DNA of 63,897 bases, filler included, from Chlamydiia bacterium (GCA_903848235.1; 11 parts of 11 records of this genome joined end to end with filler, not necessarily neighbours in it); one strand, 5' to 3'; numbered from the whole stretch's first letter, positions 22,072 to 33,201 are shown. Numbers and translations: made by a program. Notes: a model not told the origin generated them from the letters alone.

Positions 22072-22539
22072 CTAGGCCACCCTTTCCGCCACAACCTCAT
22101 TCTGTAGTCCCCAAAAAGTTGCCCACATACCATTTTCTCTGAGCGCCCTCAGATGAACAATGTTCTCCGCGTTTTCTGGTAGCCACCACGCTCCTGGCAA
22201 CTTAATTCTTGCCTGGACAAGCGCCCTATTGGTGCTTTCAATCTTCCCAGACCCGATAGGCAACTTTTTTTCGAGAGATTCCTTATAGTTAAACTGGCCT
22301 TCCCTGTTGCGCATGTAATGTAGGCAAGACCTTATTCCATCGCAACTGCTCATAAAGTTGAGGCGGAATCTTTTTTTGAGACCCCTCAGATGGTTCCTGA
22401 GCCAGGTGAGTTCCCAAATTTTCAGGGTTTACCTCAACTTTATGAGCAGTTGCATTCCATCGTGAGTCGGATCCAGCAAATACGAAGCCCTCAAGATCTT
22501 GTATCACAGATTCGACCTCACCCGTGTCTGCTAATGTTA
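22072..22539 (-). pseudogene. ISKra4-family transposase remnant
   Basis: C-terminal motif Y.....LPIGSGKIES.....QARIKLPGAWW..ENAE.....RA...NG.W..FW; frameshifted and interrupted by a MITE. Confidence 0.75.
22342..22453. mobile_element. 112-bp MITE with 22-bp perfect TIRs and 8-bp target duplication
   Basis: TIR GCAACTGCTCATAAAGTTGAGG at 22342-22363 and its reverse complement at 22432-22453; ATTCCATC duplicated at 22334-22341 and 22454-22461. Confidence 0.88.
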
Positions 22540-22875
22540 TTACAGCCCAAGAACAATCCTGAGGGCTTCGTTTACTAAATCCATGGCCTCTTTGTCTAGG
22601 GAACAAATGCATTTTCCGACCCTAGATTTGTCCATAGCGCGAATCTGATTGAGCATAACCTTTCCTTCCTTCCCGCTGACGGAAACCTTGACGTTATAAG
22701 GATAAACCTTGCCTATCTTGCTCGTAATCGGAGCCATAATGACAATATCTGAGACCTCATTTCCTATATCGTTGGAAACGATTAAGCAGGGACGAGTCCT
22801 TTTCGTTTCGGTTCCTATTGTCGGATCAAGAGCGGTCCAGTAAACCTCGCCTCTTCTTGGAAAATTACCAGTCAT
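22540..22875 (-). CDS. mazF: MazF/PemK family endoribonuclease toxin
   Basis: RRGEVYW..LDPT.G.E..RTRPCLIVSND..N, QIRAMDKSR. Confidence 0.9.
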   Translation of the reverse strand: MTGNFPRRGEVYWTALDPTIGTETKRTRPCLIVSNDIGNEVSDIVIMAPITSKIGKVYPYNVKVSVSGKEGKVMLNQIRAMDKSRVGKCICSLDKEAMDLVNEALRIVLGL

Positions 22876-23107
22876 TGTCTTCCCCTAACCCATCGCCGAC
22901 GGCACATTCAAAATCTTTATACACAGCCTTTTCTTCAGGATCGTTGTTAGACTCTAGATATGCTTGCCTCAGCTTTTCTTTAGCCTCGGATATACCCCTG
23001 CGAACTTGTTCTGCAATGAAATGACTTATATTTCCCCTGCCGACAAACATCCTAAGATCTCTATCAACGTCTTCAGGAATCGAATAGGTTCTATTAACTG
23101 TTCTCAT
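22865..23107 (-). CDS. Cognate antitoxin (RHH-like)
   Basis: Small ORF overlapping the mazF start; RTYSIPEDV N-terminus, acidic GDGL tail, GAGGTG RBS before ATG 23107. Confidence 0.72.
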   Translation of the reverse strand: MRTVNRTYSIPEDVDRDLRMFVGRGNISHFIAEQVRRGISEAKEKLRQAYLESNNDPEEKAVYKDFECAVGDGLGEDNDW

Positions 23108-23360
23108 GAAGCACCTCTCTATACTCAACATACAGTATACGTGTTGCATATTATGTAGCCAACCCATACAGAACAATTGAATCCTCCTGAAGCCACATCA
23201 TCGCTCCTTTTCTTTCTCTAGCCCGAGGTTACAACTAACGCCCATTTTCCCTCCATAATCCCTATCCCATATTAGCAATTCTAATTGCGCATAATAAATC
23301 ATCAAAACATAATCTTCGTTGATTTGATAATAATTTCTGATTTAAAAAGGCGTAAATTGT

Positions 23361-25130
23361 ATGTCAACGTCACTAAGCGAAGCAATAGGCCCGCTACCAG
23401 CTCAGCCGCACTCTGGCGCAGAGCATCAAGGTTTCCACAAAACGCAGTTGCTTAAAGAGGTAAGGCCATGCCTTGATCTTCGCCTCGATACAAGCCGACT
23501 CCTTGATAGAGGAGCAATTGCTGCCGATACGCGGTTCAATGCCGAAAGACATTTTCGACAGCTGCTGGTTCGTTCTGGAGAACAGGTGAGTGGAGACGAG
23601 GTTTGGCTACGAGTGAGCCCATATTTTCGCGGATCTTTAATCGAATGCTTCGATCAAGCGGCCCATGACCTTGAACCGTGCGCCCACACGTTTCTACAGA
23701 TCGCCAGACTCCAGGACAAGGTTGGCTTTCTAGAAGAGCTGGCATCCCCATCTTTTTCAGGAAGAAAAGCCATGGCGCTGGTCTGGAATCTAATGGCAAT
23801 AGCAGGAATTGATGAGGCTTTCTTTATTGACGGGTCAATGATGCTGCCATCTAGCGGCCAGAGATCAGCTTGTTGCGAATATGGCGCTCCAACAGCTCTG
23901 CGTTCTTTAGGGGCATTCACAGACGGAAAAAGTTGGTATGAGAAACAAGGCGCAATCGCACAAGTGTCTCAAAGGGCCTTCAGGTCTTTAATCACCGAGT
24001 TCGAGGACGATCTGGTATTTGAAGAAAAAATCGTCGATCCGAGGATGTCGAAGGCAAAGGATTTCGACAAAATGGTGTTTGAAAGAAGCGCTCTTTACGT
24101 AAGCGAAATGCAGCCAAGTCACCGCGCCTATCGTTCAGCATGCCAGTTCCTCAATTCTCTTCCGACTGGCACCTTCAATGCCAGTCTATCTCCGCTATCA
24201 GAATGGTATTCTTCATCAGGAAAATTACTGGAAGTCATGAATCGCGCATCATCGGCAACATCGACGACAGGCTCCTTAGGAGAATTTATGTCGGCAGTCA
24301 TGGCGATGAAAGGATGTGGAGAGGCACACGCTCTTCACCACGAGGTTCGCGATAGACTCGTTGCTGGCAAGGGATCTATATTTTCTCAGTATGCCTCTGA
24401 TGCACTCATTGCTGATACGCTGCCAACGGAAATTTCATGCGCCTTAGCATGGGCCATGATTGGAAGTTTTTTGAGTCTCCTCGGAGATTTTATGAAGTAT
24501 CCTGCAGAAGATGCCGTAAGAATCTTTTTTTCTCTACTGAACGCCGACGATGAAAAACTCGAAGCTATGTCGAAAGAGATGCGTGAGCGTGTTCGCAAAG
24601 AAGAATTCCCAGATGAAGAACTGCCTGCAAAGATAGAGCCCATGATGGTACAGATACGACAAAAGGTCCTCAGGGAATTTGAGAACTCTGCTGAGATTGC
24701 CTCTGTCAAGGTCCGTGCCAACACCAACCACGTTCAAATACAACGTTTTCTTCGTTACAGCAAAGAGATGGAGATTCTTACCGAAGAGCCTCTCACATTC
24801 GTACAGCAATCATTGCACTTCCTGACACGGATGCCACTAGCGAGGCTGGCGTCTGCGTATCCTGAGCTCATAGATCGTCTTACCCCACAATTTCAGATAG
24901 GGGACGAGACAACTCTTGAAGAGTTACTACACGCTGCACGTGGTTCCGAAAGAGAATGGATCATGTTTGAGCTTTTGTTCGGGCATTACAAACACGTGTC
25001 AGCACTTTTTGTACGATATCTTGATCACAATCCTCAAGATGCAATACCCACTGAAAATGTCTACCCGCTCTTTCTGCTCTCAAAGTATATCTGTAATCAA
25101 AGACATGTCTTTACGCTGAAACTTCAATAG
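23361..25130 (+). CDS. Hypothetical protein with possible GNAT-like N-terminal domain
   Basis: 589 aa; SG..AM.LV......GI....IDGS...GKSWYEKQG pattern. Confidence 0.55.
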   Translation: MSTSLSEAIGPLPAQPHSGAEHQGFHKTQLLKEVRPCLDLRLDTSRLLDRGAIAADTRFNAERHFRQLLVRSGEQVSGDEVWLRVSPYFRGSLIECFDQAAHDLEPCAHTFLQIARLQDKVGFLEELASPSFSGRKAMALVWNLMAIAGIDEAFFIDGSMMLPSSGQRSACCEYGAPTALRSLGAFTDGKSWYEKQGAIAQVSQRAFRSLITEFEDDLVFEEKIVDPRMSKAKDFDKMVFERSALYVSEMQPSHRAYRSACQFLNSLPTGTFNASLSPLSEWYSSSGKLLEVMNRASSATSTTGSLGEFMSAVMAMKGCGEAHALHHEVRDRLVAGKGSIFSQYASDALIADTLPTEISCALAWAMIGSFLSLLGDFMKYPAEDAVRIFFSLLNADDEKLEAMSKEMRERVRKEEFPDEELPAKIEPMMVQIRQKVLREFENSAEIASVKVRANTNHVQIQRFLRYSKEMEILTEEPLTFVQQSLHFLTRMPLARLASAYPELIDRLTPQFQIGDETTLEELLHAARGSEREWIMFELLFGHYKHVSALFVRYLDHNPQDAIPTENVYPLFLLSKYICNQRHVFTLKLQ

Positions 25131-25165
25131 ACCCGGCGAGCTTAGGCTAGGATTGGAAGAAAACC

Positions 25166-25218
25166 TTATACCCGAACAAGTTGAAGAATTGGAAATTTGC
25201 CAACTTGTTTAGGTATAA
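25166..25218. repeat. Short inverted-repeat element
   Basis: TTATACCCGAACAAGTTG-N17-CAACTTGTTTAGGTATAA. Confidence 0.55.
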
Positions 25219-25763
25219 TTTTCTCTCCGTGTTCTCTGTGATCTCGGTGGTTCAAATATTCCTAACGCCGACTTTTTGTGCTCGCTATGAGCAAGACCGA
25301 GAAATCTTACCTGTTACAATGTCTACTGGACTTTGGCCATTTGGCAATCGCTCGCAATGGCTGCTAAGACGACGTTTGAGGTGAAATAAAAAATGGCAGG
25401 TGGCAATGTATTCTTTTTTTCTTGTTCAGGGAAAAAACAATGCCTACAATGCCAACACCGCCATCANNNNNNNNNNNNNNNNNNNNNNNNNNNNNNNNNN
25501 NNNNNNNNNNTTAATTAATTAANNNNNNNNNNNNNNNNNNNNNNNNNNNNNNNNNNNNNNNNNNNNCCAAAAGGGTCTTGAATCTTGTAGGTGAGATGCC
25601 TCCACGCGAATCGACAGCAGAGCTGCTAGGCTGTCGTATCTAGACAACCGTTCACAATGGCCTGAAAGGGCTATATGTCCACATTTGTATAGATTTTTAG
25701 AAGCGGTGTACTACAGCTATCTCCCAAAATCCAATGTTTTAATTCTTTTAGGGGGTAATAAAA

Positions 25764-26078
25764 ATGGACAAAAAAAAGATATCGCACAAGCGAGCAACAT
25801 CCTCAGCAAAAGAAGATATTATTGAGGGATTCGTTGGCGTAAAAAGATGGAGTCCCGAAAATCGGTTGCTGAACAAACGTTTCATCCTGGAAGCTATCAC
25901 AGAGTGTCTCCTTAACGGTGATGCAACAGGAGCTATGGAAGTCGTACAAATCTATCTCCGAGCCGTTAATCGAGCAAAACTGTCTCGTGACGCCCATGTA
26001 TCTAAATCGACAATAGAACATTGCCTGCAGCATGGAAATCCAACAGTCGAGACAATATTCAAGCTTCTGTCTGCTTAA
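25764..26078 (+). CDS. Addiction-module antidote-like HTH protein
   Basis: AI.ECL..GD...A...., NRAKLSRDAHVSKSTI.H.L..GNPTVETIFKL. Confidence 0.7.
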   Translation: MDKKKISHKRATSSAKEDIIEGFVGVKRWSPENRLLNKRFILEAITECLLNGDATGAMEVVQIYLRAVNRAKLSRDAHVSKSTIEHCLQHGNPTVETIFKLLSA

Positions 26079-26350
26079 GGTGTACACTTCGGTATGCGGT
26101 TTTCGGCTCCCCCTATGGCATTGCCATGATCCTTCTATATAACAAATGCTGAGAGTAACCTTTACGCCTGTTGGCAAGCTCCCGGTAAACATTCGCCATA
26201 TTAAATAGAAAAAATATCAACGGCATTCGAAATAATCCACTTATGGCAATAAGAAATTTATTGCTAATCTACGCCGAAGAACAGTATACTTTGCCATGAT
26301 AAATAATGAGCCTCGACCAAACACCATGTAACTGTAAATCCCCCCTCTTT

Positions 26351-27790
26351 ATGTCACATCTTCCAAAAATTGCCATTATTGGCCGCCCGAACGTAGGCAA
26401 ATCCGCTCTTTTCAACTGCATGGTAAAGAAGCGCCTTTCTATTGTTGATGAAGAAGAAGGGGTCACTCGCGATCGGCTCTACGGCATCAGCGATCTCTTT
26501 GGCCGCCCCTTTGAAGTAATCGATACCGGAGGGATGCTCTCTACTGACCCTCTCTTTGGAGAAGAGATCACCCGTCAAGCGGAGATCGCCATTGAAGAGG
26601 CAGACGGCATCATCCAAGTCGTCGACGGGATGGCAGGCCCCCTATCGCTTGACCTCGAAGTGTCGAAAATCCTTCGACGAACGAAGAAGCCAGTGGTACT
26701 TGCCGTCAACAAAATGGACAACACCTCGCAGGTCGACCGCGTCTATGCCTTTTCCTGCCTTGGCATCCAGCCGATGGTCACCACGTCAGCTACTCACCGC
26801 TATCAGATAGCCGAGCTGTTAAGCGCTCTTCTCGACAGAATCCCAGAAACGCCCAGTGAGCAGGTCGAGGACGCCCATCCGAAGGTTGCCATCATTGGCC
26901 GGCCAAACGTTGGTAAGTCCATGTTGCTCAACGCCTTTTTAGGCGTAGACCGATGCATTGTCAGCCCTGTGGCGGGGACGACCAGAGATAGCATCGACTC
27001 CCTCCTCACAAGAAACGGCACGATGTACACGATGATCGACACTGCCGGCATCAAGAGAAAGCCAAAAGAACACGCTGTCGTCGAAAAGTTCGCTGCCATT
27101 CGCACCGAAAACGCCATAGAACGAGCTGATGTATGCCTCTTGGTTGTTGACTGTGCAGATGGAGTCACCTCTGAAGAGAAGAAAATTGCCCGCTCCATAG
27201 AAGATGCTGGCAAAGGATGCGCTCTTATCCTGAACAAATGGGATCTGGTGAAAAACTGTCGCATGGAGCATGCGATGAAGGGATTAGAACATGAAGTGCC
27301 CTTCCTTGCCCATTGTCCGAAGGTATTCATCTCAGCAAAGACAGGGCGGAATGTAGAGAAGGTATTCACCCTGATTGATACTGTATTGAGCTCTCTTAAC
27401 AAGCGGATTCCTACCCATAAGCTCAACAAGTCATTGATGGGATGGATGCAGCATTATCACCCTCCGATGATTGGCGAGAAGCGTCTTCGCATCTACTACA
27501 TGGCACAGATTGATGTTCGGCCACCCCGTTTTGTACTGTTTGTCAATTCCCCTCACCTGATGGACGATGGGTACCATCGGTATCTAATCAACCAATTGCG
27601 AACCACCTTTGAATTTGAAGGGGTGCCCTTTATCCTGACACTGAGGGGTAAGAGGCAAAAGCGAAAAGGCTCACAACAGGAGAGGGTGTACACGACTCGC
27701 GACAGAGATCTATCGGGCTTAGCTTCTGCCATCGAAGAGACGGAAGAGGAAGGCCCGTGCATCGAAGAGACAGAGCAGGATGTCGATTAA
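26351..27790 (+). CDS. der: Ribosome biogenesis GTPase Der (EngA)
   Basis: Two G domains (GRPNVGKS twice; DTGG/DTAG; NKMD/NKWD) and a KH-like C-terminal domain. Confidence 0.96.
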   Translation: MSHLPKIAIIGRPNVGKSALFNCMVKKRLSIVDEEEGVTRDRLYGISDLFGRPFEVIDTGGMLSTDPLFGEEITRQAEIAIEEADGIIQVVDGMAGPLSLDLEVSKILRRTKKPVVLAVNKMDNTSQVDRVYAFSCLGIQPMVTTSATHRYQIAELLSALLDRIPETPSEQVEDAHPKVAIIGRPNVGKSMLLNAFLGVDRCIVSPVAGTTRDSIDSLLTRNGTMYTMIDTAGIKRKPKEHAVVEKFAAIRTENAIERADVCLLVVDCADGVTSEEKKIARSIEDAGKGCALILNKWDLVKNCRMEHAMKGLEHEVPFLAHCPKVFISAKTGRNVEKVFTLIDTVLSSLNKRIPTHKLNKSLMGWMQHYHPPMIGEKRLRIYYMAQIDVRPPRFVLFVNSPHLMDDGYHRYLINQLRTTFEFEGVPFILTLRGKRQKRKGSQQERVYTTRDRDLSGLASAIEETEEEGPCIEETEQDVD

Positions 27791-27805
27791 AGCTTAGGAG
27801 TCGAG

Positions 27806-30800
27806 TTATACCGATTCTAGTCCTTCGAGGAGCTCTAAAAGCTCTAAGCGATCGAGCTTTTTGACAACTTGGTGGTCATCATAGGCAATGACATCTTCGA
27901 GCAGCTTCGCCTTTTGGGCTATCATCCTGTCGATTCTCTCTTCAATCGTCTTTGCTGTCATAAGCTTATACACCATGACACCCCGATTTTGGCCGATTCG
28001 ATGAACGCGATCTGTAGCTTGGTTTTCGCGAGCGGCATTCCACCAGCGATCGTAGTGAATGACGACGGAGCCTGCTGTCAAATCAATGCCAAGGCCTGCT
28101 GCCTGAAGCGACCCTAGAAATACCTGACAGGAAGGATCTTGCTGAAAGCGGGCTATCTCTTCACCACGGTCTTTCGTGCTGCCTCGTATCTGTGCAAAGC
28201 CTATATTCCGAGATTGGAGATAGCTGCACATGATATCGAGCATAGCGAGAAACTGGGAGAAGACGACAACTTTCTGCCCGCTCTCCTGTGCCTCTTCAAG
28301 AAGCTCTATAAAAGTATCCCATTTTCCAGAGTCATACCGCGTATAGTTTTCAATATCCCGCAGATAGGTTGCAGGGTGGTTGCAGACCTGCTTTAAAGCA
28401 GAGAGAAGAGCGAAGATATGCATGTATGGAATTGGCGCTTGCTCGTCATGCAGCTGCTGAATGAGAGGCGCTGCCTGCCGTGAAGCTACCTGGCGGTAGA
28501 GCTCCCTTTGTTCGCCAACAAGTTCTGTGATATAGAGATCTTCTGTCTTTGGAGGCAATTCAGGAAGCACATCTTGCTTGCGTCGACGAAGGAGAAAGGG
28601 ACGGACATAGCGTGAGAGAAGATCTCTTCGGTCACTGGCCCCTTCACGCTCTATCGGACGCATATAGTAGTCACGAAACAGCTCTTCATGAGGAAGATAT
28701 CCTGGCAAGACAAGGTCAAAAACAGCTTTCAGCTCCCGCAGCTGATTTTCAACAGGCGTTCCTGTCAATCCAAGGCGCATCGAAGCGCGGACTAATGAGA
28801 GGGCATTCCAGATCTGGCTGACATGGTTCTTAGCAATTTGAAGTTCATCAAAGATGGCCACCTCGAAGGGTATAGCATGGAGGACTTTCGCTTCGTTTCT
28901 CCAGATGCCATAGGTCGTCAAAAAGACATCATAGTCTTTGTCAAACTCATCTAGGGCACGCGCTCCCCCAAAATAGATAAAGACACGAAGGTGTGGAAGG
29001 GATGCTGCGAGCTTATCTTTCCAATGCCAGAGCAGCGAGGTCGGGCAGATGATGAGGAAGCGGGGTTTGCGCTCACCTGTTGCAGCACTATAGACAGCGC
29101 TGAGCAGCCCCATAGCTTGATGCGTCTTTCCAACACCCATATCATCACACAAAAGACCAGACAGACCAGAGAGGTACAGATACCACAACCACTGCACACC
29201 ATGCTCTTGATAAGGCCGGAGATGCGAGCGAAGCGTTGAGAAGTCTGGTGGAATGGCAGGAACAGCCTGCAAAAGGCGCTCTATAACGACAGCCGTCGTG
29301 GGGATGACCTCTGATGAAAAAGAAAAGTCATCATGAGCTCTGATCTTGAGGAAGTCGAACGTCTTCAGATGATACCGCTTCCCTGTTCGAGGCGCTGACA
29401 CCGTCGACAGCCAGCCAAATCGTTCGTCCGTTAAGTCTAGAAGCCCTGCTGCTGTCGGCACAAAGCGATCGCCTTGGCAATAGGCCTCGAAAAGCTCATG
29501 AGGGGTGACACGCCCTTTCTCACTCTCCCAGTAGAAGCTCGCTTCCCAGAGGCTCGGAGAACGAACAGCAGCCTCAATCTCATGCGGCTCAAGCCCATGG
29601 CACACAAGCTGCAGGTTCTTAGGACATTCCAGGCGAGCGTCAACAGAGCAGGGAAACTCCTTTTGCAAGTCAGGAAGCTGTTCTAAGAAAAAGCGATCCC
29701 ACTGTTCACGCTCTTTAGCAGAATAGCTTCTTGTGAAATTATGCTGAGCTAAGAGGGTAGGGAGATGGAAAAAACCAACTTCAGGCACATACCCCATGTC
29801 ATCATAAAACACTGCTGTCTTCTCAAAGAGAGGGTCTTCCCAATGATACACAGGAACGAGATCTATTCTCTTTTTGACAAGCTTGATATCAAGGCCAACG
29901 CCCGCTATAGGAGCGCGTGACGTGAAAAACTCCGGTACGTCTTTGAGCCATTCTGACTCCTTGCGAATGAAATCTGCAATCCGATGGGGTGGAATGGGAA
30001 TATCGTACGGCACTCGGCTGTGGCCATCCTTCAGGAAAAAGCCTTCTCCTTCAACATATACCCAGTCTCCCAACTCCTTGAAGGCGGCGTCCGACTGGGC
30101 TGCGCATTCGCTATGAAACAGCAGTGCTCCGCTTCTGTCAACTTCGTATGAAATCACCTCTCGTGGCGGGCGCTCATGAACAGCGTATCCTAGCACCGAT
30201 GAGAGCCAATAGCGATGTGCGGAGAAAAACTCTGATATCTCATCGACAGAGACATAGAAGCTCGCCTCTCGAAAAAGAAGAGGCTGGATTCTTCGAAATC
30301 CAATGTCATCGCGATAGAGCCAATGACCAAAAAAATGAGCCTCAGAGAGGTCAAAGGGTTGGGTCAGATAGGGCGTGATAGTAAGGCCATGATCTTCTTC
30401 TACATCAATATGGTAGGAGAGACGGAGGATATCTTGTGGAAGCTCCTGGGCATCAAGAAAAAGTGCTGTCTTCACGGGATCTGTGATATAAAAAACTTTT
30501 CTTCCCGTCTTTTTGACAAAGGCCGTGGAGGGTAGATACCACCATCGAGAATTTTCGATCTGAAGCGCATGCGAGAGATCCGTTTCCACTCCTTCAAGGA
30601 TGACCCGACACGCCTGTTCTTGGGCATCAAATGTCAGTTCTTGTATCGACCGCCCGCCATACAGTTCAATGCGCGGCGTTGTGCGATGTGGCGGAAGGGA
30701 CTCTAAGATGTCTTTGAGGTTCCCCAGAATTGGAAATATACACGAAAGGTCTTCCCAGTCGCAGTACAGGCTCTGCGGGATTTTTTCTTCTTGGAAGTGA

Positions 30801-31501
30801 AAGCGACATGGCTGCTCCTCAAAGCGAAGGAAGAGTCTCTTTGCCAGATCCGAGTGCGCAGATAACTCAAATCGCAGATGGTCGGAGACGGTGCCCTGAC
30901 GCCATGCTGCCAGCTCATCATCGGTGAGGTCCGAAAATTTTATCGATGTCTCCTCGGTTTCTTCTTCACGGCGGGTGGCTAGCGCATACACGCTGTCCAT
31001 CCATTCCGAAGAGCCTTCCAGGTGGACATAATCGTCCCCACTTTCCCAACGAAGAGCAGTTCCATGTTGACGGCACGCTACTTGAGAAGACGCTTGACAG
31101 AGGGCCTTGAAGACATGGAAGAAAGGAGAGGCTTCAAACCGCTTATGCAGCGGGTGGGTATACCCCCGAAACACCGCAAAAAGGGCCATTGCCATGTGGA
31201 CACAAGATCCTGTGTCGGAGCAATGATCACAGTTACAGAACAGATCTTTGACTCTATCGTCATGGTCTAATTGAAGGAAAACCCATATCGGCTCTTTTTC
31301 TCCATCAGCACGAACCTGATATGTGGGTCCTGAGAAGAGGATCTCTTCTGCTTTGCCTTCGGAAACAAGTTTCTGAGCGACAGCTCGAAATGGCTCTAGA
31401 TTGTCTGGCAGTATCATGCAATCGTCCCTAGATATAACGGGTATCATTGACACTGTATGCTGTCTGGTATCAGGTTTGCAACTGCTGTTCAATCTCATCA
31501 C
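27806..31501 (-). CDS. SWIM zinc-finger SNF2-family helicase
   Basis: CNC...SCVH SWIM motif; LRPYQ, LCDDMGVGKT, DELQ, LTGTPVEN, QATDRVHRIGQ. Start may be downstream of 31501. Confidence 0.92.
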   Translation of the reverse strand: MMRLNSSCKPDTRQHTVSMIPVISRDDCMILPDNLEPFRAVAQKLVSEGKAEEILFSGPTYQVRADGEKEPIWVFLQLDHDDRVKDLFCNCDHCSDTGSCVHMAMALFAVFRGYTHPLHKRFEASPFFHVFKALCQASSQVACRQHGTALRWESGDDYVHLEGSSEWMDSVYALATRREEETEETSIKFSDLTDDELAAWRQGTVSDHLRFELSAHSDLAKRLFLRFEEQPCRFHFQEEKIPQSLYCDWEDLSCIFPILGNLKDILESLPPHRTTPRIELYGGRSIQELTFDAQEQACRVILEGVETDLSHALQIENSRWWYLPSTAFVKKTGRKVFYITDPVKTALFLDAQELPQDILRLSYHIDVEEDHGLTITPYLTQPFDLSEAHFFGHWLYRDDIGFRRIQPLLFREASFYVSVDEISEFFSAHRYWLSSVLGYAVHERPPREVISYEVDRSGALLFHSECAAQSDAAFKELGDWVYVEGEGFFLKDGHSRVPYDIPIPPHRIADFIRKESEWLKDVPEFFTSRAPIAGVGLDIKLVKKRIDLVPVYHWEDPLFEKTAVFYDDMGYVPEVGFFHLPTLLAQHNFTRSYSAKEREQWDRFFLEQLPDLQKEFPCSVDARLECPKNLQLVCHGLEPHEIEAAVRSPSLWEASFYWESEKGRVTPHELFEAYCQGDRFVPTAAGLLDLTDERFGWLSTVSAPRTGKRYHLKTFDFLKIRAHDDFSFSSEVIPTTAVVIERLLQAVPAIPPDFSTLRSHLRPYQEHGVQWLWYLYLSGLSGLLCDDMGVGKTHQAMGLLSAVYSAATGERKPRFLIICPTSLLWHWKDKLAASLPHLRVFIYFGGARALDEFDKDYDVFLTTYGIWRNEAKVLHAIPFEVAIFDELQIAKNHVSQIWNALSLVRASMRLGLTGTPVENQLRELKAVFDLVLPGYLPHEELFRDYYMRPIEREGASDRRDLLSRYVRPFLLRRRKQDVLPELPPKTEDLYITELVGEQRELYRQVASRQAAPLIQQLHDEQAPIPYMHIFALLSALKQVCNHPATYLRDIENYTRYDSGKWDTFIELLEEAQESGQKVVVFSQFLAMLDIMCSYLQSRNIGFAQIRGSTKDRGEEIARFQQDPSCQVFLGSLQAAGLGIDLTAGSVVIHYDRWWNAARENQATDRVHRIGQNRGVMVYKLMTAKTIEERIDRMIAQKAKLLEDVIAYDDHQVVKKLDRLELLELLEGLESV

Positions 31502-31581
31502 ACATCTAGGAAATTAGATAAACCAAAGGATGTAGACACAAGCTCTCTATAGAAGGCTTTTTAACAGATAGGACAACACTC

Positions 31582-32061
31582 TTAAAACGACGGAGAATCC
31601 GATCCGGCTGATGTTACAGGGGTCTTCATGGGCCGGAGTGTCACGTTAATGACCTGAGGCTGCAGTTGATATCCTCTGCCCGTGACTTCGCTAACCTTCA
31701 ACTCTTCAAACGGATTCCTCGCGTCAACTGACAGCGTTGTGTCCGTCATGCGAAGAACGCTTTTTACAGCAAGGTCTTGAGGGTTAAGCACTTTGCAAAC
31801 AGGAATAGCTTCTGGCTTATACCCTTCTTTCGTAACGACCACCATATGATCTCGATTTCGCTCTAAGACGAGAGATACAGGAGTCTCCCCTTTCGGCATC
31901 CCATCAACAACAACTTTGGCGCCAGAGGGATCCGTAAAAACAGGTACTGTCTGTGTCTCAGAAATAAGAGGGGGTGCAGGAGGCGTCGTCTGATGACAGC
32001 CGACTATTCCAAGGATAGAAAAAATCGCAAAGAAAACAGCGTTATATTTAAATTTTCCCAT
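31582..32061 (-). CDS. PEGA-domain lipoprotein
   Basis: Lipobox IVGC; TDPSGAKVVVDG...GETP...V.KEGYK. Confidence 0.8.
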   Translation of the reverse strand: MGKFKYNAVFFAIFSILGIVGCHQTTPPAPPLISETQTVPVFTDPSGAKVVVDGMPKGETPVSLVLERNRDHMVVVTKEGYKPEAIPVCKVLNPQDLAVKSVLRMTDTTLSVDARNPFEELKVSEVTGRGYQLQPQVINVTLRPMKTPVTSAGSDSPSF

Positions 32062-32455
32062 AGCACAAACATATTCCGTAATATATTAACGATATTTCAA
32101 TGGATATTGTGCCCTTCAAACCACAATAATCGCAAGGGACATAACGCGCATCCGTTGCGGCACCTTGAGTTTGAATTTTTTGTTGACATATCATGCCTTT
32201 TCATTAATAAAGACGATCAAACTCGCGTTCTGATTGAAGAATCGATTTTTATAGAGGTCAAAGGTTGCAGTTTGCGCATTGCGAGGCAGCCCATAGCGTA
32301 CTATTGGGTGTTTTTTGATGGCTCAAAGATCGAGGCTATGCACGAGCCGCCACGAGCAGAGCACGGTCGCCAGTTTTGCAAAAGCCTCTCCAGTTTACCG
32401 CGGCAAAAAACTTCGAGTTTCAATTGGAAACAGCATAAACCAAGGAGATAAAAAA

Positions 32456-33193
32456 ATGAGTCTTGAGTCGATGGAAAATAAAGGAAAGCCAGTACTTAGC
32501 TCTCTAGTAGCTAGCGATTTTTTTTCCACAGTTTCAACAGATCAAGCAAAACTCCTCGGCAGAAAAATTAAAGAAATTTTTGGCGGCAGCCCATCCACTG
32601 ATCTGCCGACGCAAACCGCTCGACAGGCTCTAGAGGAGGGTCGAGAAAATACTACCCCCCCTAACAGAAAAATCGAAAAAATCAAACAATCAGAAGAATC
32701 AGAAGAATCAAAAAAACGCGCGCAAATATCGAATGAGAAAACTGATTCTCTATTTAAACATAAATTAAACCCGGCTTTTCAGGCTCCTCAAGCTCCTGGT
32801 GATGAGAATGAAGAGGCTGAGCCGACGCTTTTTTATGGACCACTTCTACCACCTCCTCCATATCCAGCACCTCTAGCACCTACTTTAACTCCAACCCCAG
32901 CTCCCCCGTCAGAATTCTCTAGAACCACCGAATCTTATGCTAGCGACGACGCGACACCCCCCACAACCACGAATCTTGGACATCTATTTTCCTTGTTAGA
33001 ACAGGCCAATCTAAATGCTAAAGACGTCTCGCCTGATAAAGCACTGAAATTATTGGAACATATTCTCAAACTCTGTAGGACCGATACTGACAAAAAAAGA
33101 TTTTTCGAAACATTACAAGGTTTGAGAGAAAAAGGGTTAATCGAACAATCTACTGTCGATCTTTTGAAATCTTTAGCGAATTTTAGCAAGTAA
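32456..33193 (+). CDS. Hypothetical proline-rich protein
   Basis: AGGAGA RBS before ATG 32456; LLPPPPYPAP run. Confidence 0.55.
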   Translation: MSLESMENKGKPVLSSLVASDFFSTVSTDQAKLLGRKIKEIFGGSPSTDLPTQTARQALEEGRENTTPPNRKIEKIKQSEESEESKKRAQISNEKTDSLFKHKLNPAFQAPQAPGDENEEAEPTLFYGPLLPPPPYPAPLAPTLTPTPAPPSEFSRTTESYASDDATPPTTTNLGHLFSLLEQANLNAKDVSPDKALKLLEHILKLCRTDTDKKRFFETLQGLREKGLIEQSTVDLLKSLANFSK

Positions 33194-33201
33194 GAGATAA
33201 T

